In this document: positions 1 to 9,670 of the stretch, piece after piece | Layout of the letters: each line of letters begins with the position of its first letter | Position numbering within the stretch: position 1 is the stretch's first letter | Source: Gammaproteobacteria bacterium | Lineage (GTDB): Bacteria > Pseudomonadota > Gammaproteobacteria > Xanthomonadales > Wenzhouxiangellaceae | DNA: 64,000 bases | Assembly: GCA_003565625.1 (NCBI GenBank) | Contig: PXBD01000008.1 | Location: forward strand, 17,568-81,567 | Direction of reading: 5' to 3' | The notes under the pieces: model-generated | Seen by the model: only the letters and a program-made list of their open reading frames with translations | Databases searched by the model: none | Told to the model about the DNA's origin: nothing | Position numbers and translations under genes: made by a program

Positions 1-889
1 CGACCCAGGAGCCGGCGAACATGCCGGCCACGGCGAGTACCATCAGCACCGTCGACAGCGGCAGGACGACAAAACTGTAGTCAGGAGCGAACACCGTGAA
101 AACGAAGCGCAGCATGACGTACAGGGCCACCTTGGTGGCCGTGCCGGCAAGAAAGGCGGTGACGAAGTTCGGCGCGTAGGCGTAGGCGTTGGGCAGCCAC
201 AGGTGCAGCGGCAGCAGCGCCAGTTTCAGCCCCATGCCGACGATGATGAAAGCCAGTGCGGCACGCACCGCGTTGTTGTCGCGCAATTCCGGCAGGCGCT
301 CGGCCAGATCGGCCATGTTGAGCGTGCCGGTGACCATGTACAGGAAGGCGATGCCAATGAGCAAAAAGGTCGCCCCGACGGTACCCATGATCAGGTAGCG
401 GAACGCGGCCAGCAAAGCGCGACGGTCCTGGCCGTAGGCAATCAGGGCATAGGTTGCCAGCGAGGAAATCTCGAGAAACACGAACACGTTGAAGGCATCG
501 CCGGTCAGGGTAATGCCGAGCAGCCCGGCCAGGGCAAGCAGGAACAAAGCGTAGAACGTGCCGTGGCGGCCCTCAATTTCAGCCGCAACACTTTTCGGCG
601 CCCACAGCAGGGTGATCGCTGCCATGCCGGCGACCAGCAAGGCCACGAAGGCGTTGGCGGCATCCACTCGATATTCGATGCCGATTGGTGGCGGCCAGTT
701 GCCAAACGGGTAGGACATCGGCCCCTGGCCAATGGCCTCGGGCAGAACCAGGGCGGCGATCACTGCGCTGGCCAGTGCGGCCAGCAGGGTGGCGACCCAG
801 GGCAGCGTCCGTCCCGGCAGCAGTGCGACCACGCCCGATGCGATCAGCGGAATCAGGACGATGAACGGCATGAGTGCGAGCAGATTCAT
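1..889 (-). CDS. mrpD: Mrp/Mnh Na+/H+ antiporter subunit D (3' end beyond window)
   Basis: Absent from the ORF track because it runs off the edge. Manual translation from ATG 889 gives MNLLALMPFIVLIPLIASG...GNWPPPIGIEYRVD...LTGDAFNVFVFLEISSLATY...LKLALLPLHLWLPNAY, which are NuoN/MrpD proton-antiporter motifs. Follows mrpC. Confidence 0.93.
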   Translation of the reverse strand, partial: MNLLALMPFIVLIPLIASGVVALLPGRTLPWVATLLAALASAVIAALVLPEAIGQGPMSYPFGNWPPPIGIEYRVDAANAFVALLVAGMAAITLLWAPKSVAAEIEGRHGTFYALFLLALAGLLGITLTGDAFNVFVFLEISSLATYALIAYGQDRRALLAAFRYLIMGTVGATFLLIGIAFLYMVTGTLNMADLAERLPELRDNNAVRAALAFIIVGMGLKLALLPLHLWLPNAYAYAPNFVTAFLAGTATKVALYVMLRFVFTVFAPDYSFVVLPLSTVLMVLAVAGMFAGSWV

Positions 890-907
890 GATTGCGAACC
901 GCCCCTC

Positions 908-1267
908 TTAGTCGTCTTCTTCATCGAAGTCATCTCGCAGATGGTCGTCTTCGATGGTGCCGTAGGCTTCCTGGATTCGAACGGCAAGCGCCAGGCCCAC
1001 GGCGGTAATGGCCACGCCGACCACGATCGCGGTCAGGACGATGACATGCGGCAAGGGGTTGGAGTACACCTCCACGCCGTCGCGCAGGATGGGGGTGGAA
1101 CCACCCACGATCTTGCCGGCAGAAACGAACAGAATGAACACCGACGTCTGGAACAGGTTCAGGCCCATGATCTTCTTGACCATGTTGCCGCGCGCGATGA
1201 CGCAGTAAAACCCGACCATCATCAGGATGATCACGACCCAGTAGTTGAAAAAGCTCAGCAGGGTCAC
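908..1267 (-). CDS. mrpC: Mrp antiporter subunit C
   Basis: 119 aa, 3 hydrophobic segments, NMVKKIMGL and NPLPHVIVLTAIVVGVA motifs typical of MrpC/NuoK. Confidence 0.93.
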   Translation of the reverse strand: MTLLSFFNYWVVIILMMVGFYCVIARGNMVKKIMGLNLFQTSVFILFVSAGKIVGGSTPILRDGVEVYSNPLPHVIVLTAIVVGVAITAVGLALAVRIQEAYGTIEDDHLRDDFDEEDD

Positions 1268-1725
1268 GGGCGCTGCTCCGGGTCATCCTGTTCGAGTGCC
1301 GCAATCCACTCGCTGCGGCGGCGAGCGAACAGGGTAAAGATCAGCATGGCGACCGTAGCGACGGTCAGGCCAACGCCGAATTCAACCACGATGATGCCGG
1401 CCTGCTGGGCGGCGTGCGGGCTCTCCAGCAGCGGATAGAACTCCAGGTATTTGCCGCCCAGCAAGACTCCAAGCAGGCCGGTGCCGGCGTACAGCAGGAC
1501 GCCCGCGGCGCTGAGCACGTACATCGCTTTCAGCGAGATGACTTTCAGCCCGCGCTCCAGGCCCCAGATCAGCACATAAAGAATCCAGCCAACGGCAAAT
1601 ACCACGCCGGCCTGGAAGCCGCCGCCTGGCGAGTACTCGCCGTGGAACTGGATGTAGAGGCCGACCAGCAGGATCAGCGGAATCAGGAAACGGGCGATGA
1701 TTCGCAGAATGCCGTTGTCGCTCAT
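1264..1725 (-). CDS. mrpB: Mrp antiporter subunit B (MnhB domain)
   Basis: HGEYSPGGGFQAG motif of MnhB; 4-nt overlaps with both neighbours. Confidence 0.92.
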   Translation of the reverse strand: MSDNGILRIIARFLIPLILLVGLYIQFHGEYSPGGGFQAGVVFAVGWILYVLIWGLERGLKVISLKAMYVLSAAGVLLYAGTGLLGVLLGGKYLEFYPLLESPHAAQQAGIIVVEFGVGLTVATVAMLIFTLFARRRSEWIAALEQDDPEQRP

Positions 1726-2318
1726 GCCTCGTCCTCCTCACCCTTGCTCGCCGCCGAGCGCGGTGGATGGCGCCGGCGGACCCCGGGCATGTCCCGCCGC
1801 GGCCGCACCGAGAGCAGGGCAAAGACGGCCAGGGCGGCGGCAAAAATCACGAAGGCTTCGCCCATGGTATCGATCGAACGATAGCTGGCCAGCACCGCTG
1901 CGACCATGTTCGGTACGCCCATGTCGCGGTAGCTGTTCTCAATGTAAAAAGGACCCACATGCACCTGGGCAGGGTTGTCGGCGGCCCCGAATTCCGGCAG
2001 GTCGAGCGTGGCATAGACCAGCAGGGCACCGGTAACCAGCACCACCGAAAGGGCCAGCCAGTTGTGGCTGCCGACAGGATGTTCGTAGCGTCTGGCCAGG
2101 GTCAGGACGGCAAGCACCAGGATGGTGCTCAGGCCCGCGCCAACGGCCGCTTCGGTGAGAGCGACGTCGCCGGCATCCAGAACCGTGAACAGTCCGGCCG
2201 ACACCAGCGAATAGATGGCGAACAGCATGCCGGCGGCAAACAAGTCGCGCACGCGCACGATGGCCACCGCCACGACGACCAGGAACAGCAGCAGGGCAAT
2301 GTCGATCAGGTATTCGAT
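1722..2318 (-). CDS. DUF4040 / MrpA C-terminal-like Mrp subunit (B')
   Basis: LDAGDVALTEAAVGAG and NMVAAVLASYRSIDTMGE motifs. The ORF track starts at GTG 2273, but the first TM helix (IEYLIDIALLLFLVVV) extends in frame to 2318. Start uncertain. Confidence 0.85.
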   Translation of the reverse strand: MEYLIDIALLLFLVVVAVAIVRVRDLFAAGMLFAIYSLVSAGLFTVLDAGDVALTEAAVGAGLSTILVLAVLTLARRYEHPVGSHNWLALSVVLVTGALLVYATLDLPEFGAADNPAQVHVGPFYIENSYRDMGVPNMVAAVLASYRSIDTMGEAFVIFAAALAVFALLSVRPRRDMPGVRRRHPPRSAASKGEEDEA

Positions 2319-2662
2319 GACGGTTCTCCCCGGGCATCCGGCAGCGGGTCGGAATCTTCTTCCAGCACCGGCTCGATCTCATCGACCACGGCGGCGCGGG
2401 CCAGCGCATGGGTCGCGGTCGGCGCCGTAAAGAGAAGGAACACAAGGATCAGCAACAGCTTGACGCTCAGCAGGCTGAGGCCTGACTGCAGAACCAGGCC
2501 AGACACGATGCAAATGGCGCACAGCGTGTCGGTCACCCCGGCGCCGTGCAGGCGAGTGTAGAAATCGGGAAACCGAATCAACCCGATGCCGCCGATGACG
2601 CCGAAAATACCGCCGGTCAGTAACAGAAACCAGGACAGCAGGTTGATGGCCCACTCAACCAT
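2306..2662 (-). CDS. mrpG: Mrp antiporter subunit G
   Basis: GLIRFPDFYTRLHGAGVTDT and TAPTATHALARAA motifs; ATG at 2662 overlaps the mrpF end. Confidence 0.93.
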   Translation of the reverse strand: MVEWAINLLSWFLLLTGGIFGVIGGIGLIRFPDFYTRLHGAGVTDTLCAICIVSGLVLQSGLSLLSVKLLLILVFLLFTAPTATHALARAAVVDEIEPVLEEDSDPLPDARGEPSSNT

Positions 2663-2942
2663 GGTCTTGTTCCCCGGAGCTGGCCAGGTCACGAAGCTTG
2701 ACCAGCTTGAGCACGGTGACGATGGCGATGAAATTGATCAAGGCGTAGACCAGGGCGACGTCGATCAGATCGGCGTGCCCGGTGATGTAGGTGATCAGCG
2801 CAACCACCAAAACGGTCTTGGTGCCGAATACGTTGACCGCGACGATGCGGTCGTAGATGGTCGGGCCTTTCAGTGCCCGAACCAGCGCCAGGCCCATGGT
2901 CGCGAACACGGCCATGGTGGTCAGCACCAGCACCAGCGTCAT
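2655..2942 (-). CDS. mrpF: Mrp antiporter subunit F
   Basis: GPTIYDRIVAVN...DVALVYALINF motif. Confidence 0.93.
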   Translation of the reverse strand: MTLVLVLTTMAVFATMGLALVRALKGPTIYDRIVAVNVFGTKTVLVVALITYITGHADLIDVALVYALINFIAIVTVLKLVKLRDLASSGEQDHG

Positions 2943-3424
2943 TCAGAAGACTCCGAAGACCCTTCCAGCCAGGCCACTTTGCGCGCCAGGCGGCCGCTGA
3001 TCAAAGCTTCTGCCGACTCCTGGTCGAGGGCGTGAGCCACCAGTTTTTCCCGATTCAGAAACAGGGTGACGGTGCCCGGTGTCAGCGTGCAGGTGTTGCC
3101 AAAGACGACTTTTGCTATCGAGCTGCCCTGCTCCACGGGCACGGTGACAATACGCGGGCTGATTCGCTCCGGGTGCAGGGTCAGACGGGCGACATGCAGG
3201 TTGGCCTTGATGATTTCAATCAGTGTCCAGAGCCAGAAAATGGGCAACCGCAAACCAAATGCCAGCGGATTGTGTTCATCACCGATGACCTGCATGCGCG
3301 CGGACAGCCATACCACCAGAACCACACTGGCCACGCCAAGCAGCAGGATCACCGGCTTGTAGACGCCGGAGATTGCCAGCCACAGGGCTGCCAGCAGGAG
3401 GGTAAGGAAAAGTAGCGCACGCAT
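2939..3424 (-). CDS. mrpE: Mrp antiporter subunit E
   Basis: EIIKANLHVA...NTCTLTPGTVT...LVAHALD motif. Confidence 0.93.
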   Translation of the reverse strand: MRALLFLTLLLAALWLAISGVYKPVILLLGVASVVLVVWLSARMQVIGDEHNPLAFGLRLPIFWLWTLIEIIKANLHVARLTLHPERISPRIVTVPVEQGSSIAKVVFGNTCTLTPGTVTLFLNREKLVAHALDQESAEALISGRLARKVAWLEGSSESSE

Positions 3425-3486
3425 ACTTTTTCAAGTCTACCAACAGACGATGTGAATGTTTGGTGTTCGCGTAGCGGCGCTTCTCC

Positions 3487-4266
3487 TCACGCGGCCCTGG
3501 CGAGGGTCTGTCCGGTCGCCCCGGCGAGCAGGCGGATGATGGCTTCGCGCTGCCCAACCGGGATGGCTGCATCGGGCTCTTGCAGATGCTCGGGCAGCTC
3601 GGCGGCTGTCAGCACCGGGATCTCGGTCTGGTCGCGATCACGCAGGGCAACGTCGGGTCGCGCGAAGCAGACCACCGGCTGCGGGCTGCAGACCAGACTG
3701 TGGAGCAGCAGCCAGCGTGCCAGCGCATCGGTCTGCGCCCTGACTTGAAGCAGCGGGTTGGCGATCGCGTTCCAGCCGGGCCGGCCGCCGCAGCCGGCCT
3801 TGTGGGCCAGCGGCCAGCGCCGTTCCTGCGGACGCACATAGATCAATCCGGGCGTGTTCTTGACCTCGATCACGTGCAGGCCCGATGGCCCGAGGACAAT
3901 GAAATCCAGTTCCCGCCGGGCGTTGGGCAGGCGGTCATCCTGGATCTGAACCTGGTTGAACAATACATACTCTGGTGGCAGGCGCTTCAGGAACTCAAGG
4001 ACGCGAACCTCTCCTTCCACGCCGGCCATCTCAGACGCCTCAACCGAACTGCCGCCGGTGATTGATGAGAAAAAAATGACCAGGGCAGACACGCCCGCGA
4101 CCAGCATGGTCATGGGCGCAAGCAGCCAGTAGACCAGGGCCGTGACCAGGCTGCCGCCGACAACGGCCAGGCCGACGCGAGTGCGCCGGCGGTGCAGCGC
4201 GCGCTGCATCTCCGCGCGATGTTTCTCCAGCGCGGCGTAGGGTTGAATGAAGCGCATCTCGGCCAT
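3487..4266 (-). CDS. Membrane-anchored NERD (nuclease-related domain) protein
   Basis: GVEGEVRV...ELDFIVLGPSGLHVIEVKN...NPLLQV is a NERD/PD-(D/E)xK signature. Two N-terminal TM helices. Likely start ATG 4266 (MAEMRF), just after the cls stop. Confidence 0.82.
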   Translation of the reverse strand: MAEMRFIQPYAALEKHRAEMQRALHRRRTRVGLAVVGGSLVTALVYWLLAPMTMLVAGVSALVIFFSSITGGSSVEASEMAGVEGEVRVLEFLKRLPPEYVLFNQVQIQDDRLPNARRELDFIVLGPSGLHVIEVKNTPGLIYVRPQERRWPLAHKAGCGGRPGWNAIANPLLQVRAQTDALARWLLLHSLVCSPQPVVCFARPDVALRDRDQTEIPVLTAAELPEHLQEPDAAIPVGQREAIIRLLAGATGQTLARAA

Positions 4267-4277
4267 GAACGCTGCTG

Positions 4278-5702
4278 CTACAGGTAGGGAGAAAACAACC
4301 AGCATAACGAATCGCGCAAGCGCTGGTACAACGGCCGCCCGTCGACCTCTTCCAGGGTCACCGGCCGGCCCTGTCGGGCTGCCCCATCGATGAGTCCGAT
4401 CATGTCGCCGGCAAACTCCTCGCCGTAGACCTCGACCTGCAGCTCGAAGTTCAGGCGCAGGCTGCGCGGGTCCCAGTTGGTTGATCCGATCAGGGTGTAG
4501 TAGCCGTCGACGACGAACAGTTTGGCGTGGCTGAACGGGGCCGGCTGGTAGCACACGCGCACGCCACGGAAGAGGATTTCCCACAGCATGTTGCGAGTCG
4601 CCCAGTGGATATAGGGCAGGTTGTTTGTCTCCGGCAGCACGACCAGCACCTCCACCCCGCGCACGGCGGCAGCCTGGATGGCGCCGATCAGTTCACGCGG
4701 TGGCAGGAAGTACGGTGTCATGATCCGGACCGAGTGGCGCGCCTCGGCGATAGCTGCGGTCAGGAGCATGGTCAGTCGATCCAGGTCCTCGTCCGGGCCA
4801 TCGGTGATCGTCCGGCACAATTGGTCGCCGCCGGGGATGGCGGACCTGGCCGCCGGAGCATCGCCCTGATCGGTAGCGAATTTCCACAGCCTCAGAAACT
4901 CATCGCGCAACTGGGCGACGACCGGACCTTTGAGCAAAAAATGCAGGTCCGCGGTCGGGCGTTTGTTATCGGACTGCTCGACACAGTGGCGATCGCCGAT
5001 GTTCATGCCACCGGCAAATCCGATCTCGTCGTCAACAATCAGGGTCTTGTGATGGTTGCGCATGTTGATCGACAGCGTCGGCGGCAGCAGGCGGGGCGGC
5101 AGGAAGCGGGCGACCTGCACCCCTGCCCGATGCAAAAGCAGACCGGCTCGTGGGCGGGAATAGAAATCACCTACTCCGTCGATCAGAACGCGAACCTCGA
5201 CGCCGCGCTGCACCGCTTGCTGCAGGGCAGTAATGAAGGCTCGGCCGGTCTGGTCGGTGTCCAGGATGTAGGTGGTCAGCAGGATGTGATGGCGAGCCCG
5301 GGCGATGGCGTCGAGCATGGCCGGATAGGCCTGCTCGCCGTTGCGCAGAGGCTTGACAAGATTGCCGCCGACCATCGGGTGTCGGCTGAGCGCTTGACCA
5401 ACCCGGGCCAACTCCCGGTAGGGCGCGCGGATGTCGTCGGGCAGGGGATGGGTCTGCGCCAGGCGGGCACCACGCTCGTAGCCGATGCCCACGGTTGGCA
5501 GGCCCAGTTTCTGGGCTCGACCGCGAGCCCGGTTCAGGCCGAAAAAAAGATAGAGCATGGGCCCGGCCAGCGGAAACAGGACGCAGACCGCGATCCAGCC
5601 GAACGCCGCCCGCGGGTCGCGCTTGAACAGTAGTGCGTGAACCGCGGTCGCCGGGGCGAGTACGGCATGAACGAGCAGGGCAGCGAGCGTTTCCAGCGAC
5701 AT
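4278..5702 (-). CDS. cls: Cardiolipin synthase (phospholipase D family)
   Basis: Two HKD motifs ([20 protein letters not shown]), N-terminal PLDc_N TM hairpin, [12 protein letters not shown]. Confidence 0.92.
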   Translation of the reverse strand: MSLETLAALLVHAVLAPATAVHALLFKRDPRAAFGWIAVCVLFPLAGPMLYLFFGLNRARGRAQKLGLPTVGIGYERGARLAQTHPLPDDIRAPYRELARVGQALSRHPMVGGNLVKPLRNGEQAYPAMLDAIARARHHILLTTYILDTDQTGRAFITALQQAVQRGVEVRVLIDGVGDFYSRPRAGLLLHRAGVQVARFLPPRLLPPTLSINMRNHHKTLIVDDEIGFAGGMNIGDRHCVEQSDNKRPTADLHFLLKGPVVAQLRDEFLRLWKFATDQGDAPAARSAIPGGDQLCRTITDGPDEDLDRLTMLLTAAIAEARHSVRIMTPYFLPPRELIGAIQAAAVRGVEVLVVLPETNNLPYIHWATRNMLWEILFRGVRVCYQPAPFSHAKLFVVDGYYTLIGSTNWDPRSLRLNFELQVEVYGEEFAGDMIGLIDGAARQGRPVTLEEVDGRPLYQRLRDSLCWLFSPYL

Positions 5703-5827
5703 GGCTCAGGGGTACACGCGGGCGCTTTAAAGATTTTCCATCATACCGGCACCGTGGTCACCGTAGACGCGTTGACCCGACCTGCTGTAGAATCATATCT
5801 TTCTATCCGCATCAAGAGATATATGAC

Positions 5828-7045
5828 ATGACCGGTTACCTCTTCACCTCCGAATCCGTGTCCGAAGGCCATCCGGACAAACTGGCCGATCAGATTTCGG
5901 ACGCTGTACTCGACGGTATTCTCGCCCAGGACCCCCGGGCACGAGTGGCCTGCGAGACCTTCTTGAAGACCGGTGCGGTCATCGTCGGCGGAGAGATCAC
6001 CACCTCGGCGTGGGTGGATCTGGAAGAGTTGATCCGGGCGGTGGTGGTCGAGGTGGGGTACGACTCGTCAAGTGTGGGCTTTGACGGCCGAACCTGCTCG
6101 GTGATCAACATGATCGGCAAGCAGTCGCCGGACATTGCCATGGGCGTGGATCGGGAACAGCCCGAAGAGCAGGGCGCCGGGGACCAGGGGCTGATGTTTG
6201 GTTACGCAGCCAACGAGACCCCGGAATTGATGCCGGCGCCGATTTATTACGCGCATCGGCTCATGGAGCAGCACACCCGTCTGCGCAAGCAGGCCGACCA
6301 GCCGCTGGCGTGGCTGCGTCCAGACGCGAAAAGCCAGGTGACCCTGCGCTACGAGGACGGCAAGCCGGTCGCCATTGACGCGGTCGTGCTGTCGACCCAG
6401 CACGATGCCGAGGTGTCGCTGGAAGAACTCCGCGGCGAGGTCATGAAGCACATCATCGAGCCGGTCCTGCCTCCGGAGTGGCTCCATGCCGACACCCTCT
6501 ACCACATCAATCCGACCGGCAAGTTCGTGGTCGGAGGGCCGGTCGGAGACGCTGGTCTGACCGGGCGCAAGATCATCGTTGATACCTACGGCGGCATGGC
6601 CCGCCACGGTGGCGGCGCGTTTTCCGGCAAGGATCCGTCCAAGGTCGACCGCTCGGCCACCTATGCGGCTCGCTACGTGGCCAAGAATGTAGTCGCCGCC
6701 GGTCTGGCCGCCAAGTGCGAGATTCAGTTGAGCTACGCCATCGGGGTTGCCGAGCCGACATCGATCTCGGTGACTACCTTTGGCACCGGCCAGATCCCGG
6801 AATCAAAAATCGAGCAACTGGTGCGCGAGCATTTCGACCTCAGACCCTACGGCATCCTGCGCATGCTCGACCTGCTCCATCCGATGTACCGCCAGACCGC
6901 CTCGCTGGGCCATTTTGGTCGGCCGCCCGTGGAAACCTCAGTCGAGCTTGTGCGCGACGGTCAGAAGGTGAACGATCAGTTCACCAGCTTCAGCTGGGAG
7001 CGTACCGACCGGGCCGAGGCGCTGGCTGCTGCGGCCGGAATCTGA
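5828..7045 (+). CDS. metK: S-adenosylmethionine synthetase
   Basis: [35 protein letters not shown]; ATG 5828. Confidence 0.98.
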   Translation: MTGYLFTSESVSEGHPDKLADQISDAVLDGILAQDPRARVACETFLKTGAVIVGGEITTSAWVDLEELIRAVVVEVGYDSSSVGFDGRTCSVINMIGKQSPDIAMGVDREQPEEQGAGDQGLMFGYAANETPELMPAPIYYAHRLMEQHTRLRKQADQPLAWLRPDAKSQVTLRYEDGKPVAIDAVVLSTQHDAEVSLEELRGEVMKHIIEPVLPPEWLHADTLYHINPTGKFVVGGPVGDAGLTGRKIIVDTYGGMARHGGGAFSGKDPSKVDRSATYAARYVAKNVVAAGLAAKCEIQLSYAIGVAEPTSISVTTFGTGQIPESKIEQLVREHFDLRPYGILRMLDLLHPMYRQTASLGHFGRPPVETSVELVRDGQKVNDQFTSFSWERTDRAEALAAAAGI

Positions 7046-7102
7046 CCGAGCGACCGCCCGCCGAACTTATCGCCCAACACTTCAACCAAGGACTTTTACA
7101 GC

Positions 7103-8563
7103 ATGAATGCAAGAACCCAAGATGCGCGCAAGTGCGTGCTGTTTGACGAAAGCATCGCCCCGACCGACCATGATTTTGTCGTCGCAGACCTCAGCCAGGC
7201 CCGATTCGGCCGCCAGGAAATTGCCATTGCCGAGACCGAAATGCCGGGCCTGATGCAGACCCGGGACGAGTATGCCGCCGACAAGCCGCTCAAGGGCGCG
7301 CGCATTGCCGGCTCGCTGCACATGACCATCCAGACCGCGGTGCTGATCGAGACCCTGATCGAACTCGGTGCCGAAGTACGCTGGGCCTCGTGCAACATCT
7401 ACTCTACTCAGGATCATGCCGCGGCTGCGATGGCCGAGCGCGGCGTGCCGGTGTTTGCCTACAAGGGCGAGAGCCTGACCGAGTACTGGGAGTTTACCCA
7501 CCGGATCATCCAGTGGCCCGATGGCGGTACCGCCAACATGATCCTCGACGATGGCGGTGATGCCTCGCTGCTGCTGGATCTCGGAGCCCGCGCCGAGTCC
7601 GACCCGAGCATTCTGGACAACCCCGGCAGCGAGGAAGAAACCGCCCTGTTCGCCTCCATCCGCAAGCGCCTGGAAATCAATCGCGGCTGGTATACCGAGG
7701 CGCTGGAGAACATCCAGGGCGTGACCGAGGAGACGACAACCGGGGTGCTGCGGCTGTACCGCATGGCCAAGGCCGGCACGCTCAAGTTTCCGGCCATCAA
7801 CGTCAACGACTCGGTGACCAAGTCCAAGTTCGACAACCTGTACGGCTGCCGCGAGTCGCTGGTCGACGCCATCAAGCGGGCGACCGACGTCATGATCGCC
7901 GGCAAGACCGCGATTGTCTGCGGCTATGGTGATGTCGGCAAGGGTTCGGCCCAGTCACTGCGGGCCCTTTCGGCCAACGTGTGGGTGACCGAGGTCGATC
8001 CGATCTGCGCCCTGCAGGCGGCCATGGAAGGGTTCAAGGTCGTGAACCTGGAAGATCCGGGCGTGATCGAGGCCGCCGACATCCTGGTCACGGCCACCGG
8101 CAACTGCAATATCATCCGGCATGAGCACATGCTGCGCTGCAAGGATCAGGCCATCGTTTGCAATATTGGTCACTTCGATGATGAAATCGACGTGGCCAGT
8201 GTCGAGCAGTACGAGTGGGAAGAGATCAAGCCGCAGGTTGATCACGTGATTTTCCCGGACGGCAAGCGCATCATCCTGCTGGCGCGCGGTCGCCTGGTCA
8301 ACCTGGGCTGCGCGACCGGTCACCCCAGCTTCGTGATGTCGAATTCCTTCACCAACCAGGTGCTGGCCCAGATCGAGCTGTGGAAGAATGGCGACCGCTA
8401 CGACAACGAGGTCTACTTCCTGCCCAAGCATCTGGATGAGCGCGTTGCTCGCTTGCACCTGGCCAAGATCGGCGCCCGGCTGACCGAGTTGACCCCGGAC
8501 CAGGCCGATTACATCGGCGTGCCCGTGGAAGGCCCGTACAAGCCGGAACACTACCGCTACTGA
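7103..8563 (+). CDS. ahcY: Adenosylhomocysteinase
   Basis: [52 protein letters not shown]-terminal YRY. Confidence 0.98.
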   Translation: MNARTQDARKCVLFDESIAPTDHDFVVADLSQARFGRQEIAIAETEMPGLMQTRDEYAADKPLKGARIAGSLHMTIQTAVLIETLIELGAEVRWASCNIYSTQDHAAAAMAERGVPVFAYKGESLTEYWEFTHRIIQWPDGGTANMILDDGGDASLLLDLGARAESDPSILDNPGSEEETALFASIRKRLEINRGWYTEALENIQGVTEETTTGVLRLYRMAKAGTLKFPAINVNDSVTKSKFDNLYGCRESLVDAIKRATDVMIAGKTAIVCGYGDVGKGSAQSLRALSANVWVTEVDPICALQAAMEGFKVVNLEDPGVIEAADILVTATGNCNIIRHEHMLRCKDQAIVCNIGHFDDEIDVASVEQYEWEEIKPQVDHVIFPDGKRIILLARGRLVNLGCATGHPSFVMSNSFTNQVLAQIELWKNGDRYDNEVYFLPKHLDERVARLHLAKIGARLTELTPDQADYIGVPVEGPYKPEHYRY

Positions 8564-8573
8564 TCAAACCGCG

Positions 8574-8597
8574 CCGGCCCCGGACGTCCGGGGCCGG
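8574..8597. terminator. Perfect 24-bp palindrome (stem-loop) between ahcY and metF
   Basis: CCGGCCCCGGAC|GTCCGGGGCCGG is self-complementary and followed by ACTTTG; terminator or mRNA-stabilising hairpin. Confidence 0.55.
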
Positions 8598-8621
8598 ACT
8601 TTGCGAGGAAGCCTGCGAGTC

Positions 8622-9497
8622 ATGCCTCAGCCGTCTGTCAGCTTCGAGTTTTTTCCGCCCCGAGACGAGACTCAGGCAGAGCTCTTCCGTGCTGCCCGGG
8701 ACGAACTGCTGGCGCTTGCGCCTGAATATGTTTCGGTGACCTTCGGCGCGGGCGGGTCGACGCGCTCGCGCACGGTCGATACCGTGCTGGAAATTGCGCG
8801 CCAGTCCGGGGTCGCGGTGGCTCCCCACATCTCGTGCATGTCCGAAGATCTGGACAGCCTGCATCAACTGGTCGAAACCTACGCCGGGGCCGACATTCGG
8901 CGTCTGGTGGTGTTACGCGGCGACCGCCCGTCCGGACGCTATGCCGGCGTGTTTCGCCACGCCGCCGATTTGGTGGCTGATATTCGGCAGCGTTGGGGTG
9001 ATCGTTTTCACCTCGAAGTGGCCTGCTATCCGGAACATCATCCGGAGTCGGACACGCCGGAATCGGATCTGCGCCACTTTCGCGCCAAGGTGGCCGCGGG
9101 TGCTGATGGGGCGATCACCCAGTATTTCTTCAACGCTGAGTGCTATTTCCGGTTTGTCGAGGACGCGCGCGCGCTCGGCGTCGATGTGCCGATCGTGCCG
9201 GGCATCATGCCGATCACGAACTACCAGGGGCTGGCGCGTTTTTCACGCATTTGCGGTGCTGAAATCCCCGCCTGGATCGATAAACGACTCCAGGCCTGGG
9301 ACGCTGACGGCAACCGAGAGGCGCTGCGGGAATTTGGCCATGACGTGGTTTGCGATTTGTCCCGGCGGCTGCTCGAAGGCGGAGCACCGGGGCTTCACTT
9401 CTATACCCTGAACCGTTCAGCCCCTAGTCTGAGACTATGCCGGGATCTCGGTCTGGCGAGCGTTCAGTCGCCCTCAGCCCTGACCAGTATTTCCTGA
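8622..9497 (+). CDS. metF: 5,10-methylenetetrahydrofolate reductase
   Basis: SFEFFPP, VSVTFGAGGS, LRGD, AITQYFF, GLHFYTLN; ATG 8622. Confidence 0.96.
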   Translation: MPQPSVSFEFFPPRDETQAELFRAARDELLALAPEYVSVTFGAGGSTRSRTVDTVLEIARQSGVAVAPHISCMSEDLDSLHQLVETYAGADIRRLVVLRGDRPSGRYAGVFRHAADLVADIRQRWGDRFHLEVACYPEHHPESDTPESDLRHFRAKVAAGADGAITQYFFNAECYFRFVEDARALGVDVPIVPGIMPITNYQGLARFSRICGAEIPAWIDKRLQAWDADGNREALREFGHDVVCDLSRRLLEGGAPGLHFYTLNRSAPSLRLCRDLGLASVQSPSALTSIS

Positions 9498-9646
9498 CCT
9501 GCATCGTCGGGTAGGCGGATTTCAATGGGCCGGCAGCACACGCTGCAGTCCTGCAGCACGACCTGACCGGCGTCTCCGGGCTCGAGTTCAACCCAGTTGC
9601 CCTCCCCGCACCAGGGGCACGAAAAGGATTGGCAGTCGGTCAGCAT
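9464..9646 (-). CDS. CPXCG-motif cysteine-rich small protein
   Basis: CPWCGE...QDCSVCCRPI pattern, 60 aa. Confidence 0.8.
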   Translation of the reverse strand: MLTDCQSFSCPWCGEGNWVELEPGDAGQVVLQDCSVCCRPIEIRLPDDAGQEILVRAEGD

Positions 9647-9670
9647 GGCGCTGAAGTAGTCAGTGGTGAA

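Noticed and set aside
5703-7102. SAM or SAH riboswitch upstream of metK or ahcY
   Set aside because: The leaders are short (125 and 57 nt) and I could not find the SAH core (GAGGAGCG...AGGCTC) or SAM-I/II consensus by eye; an Infernal/Rfam scan would settle it
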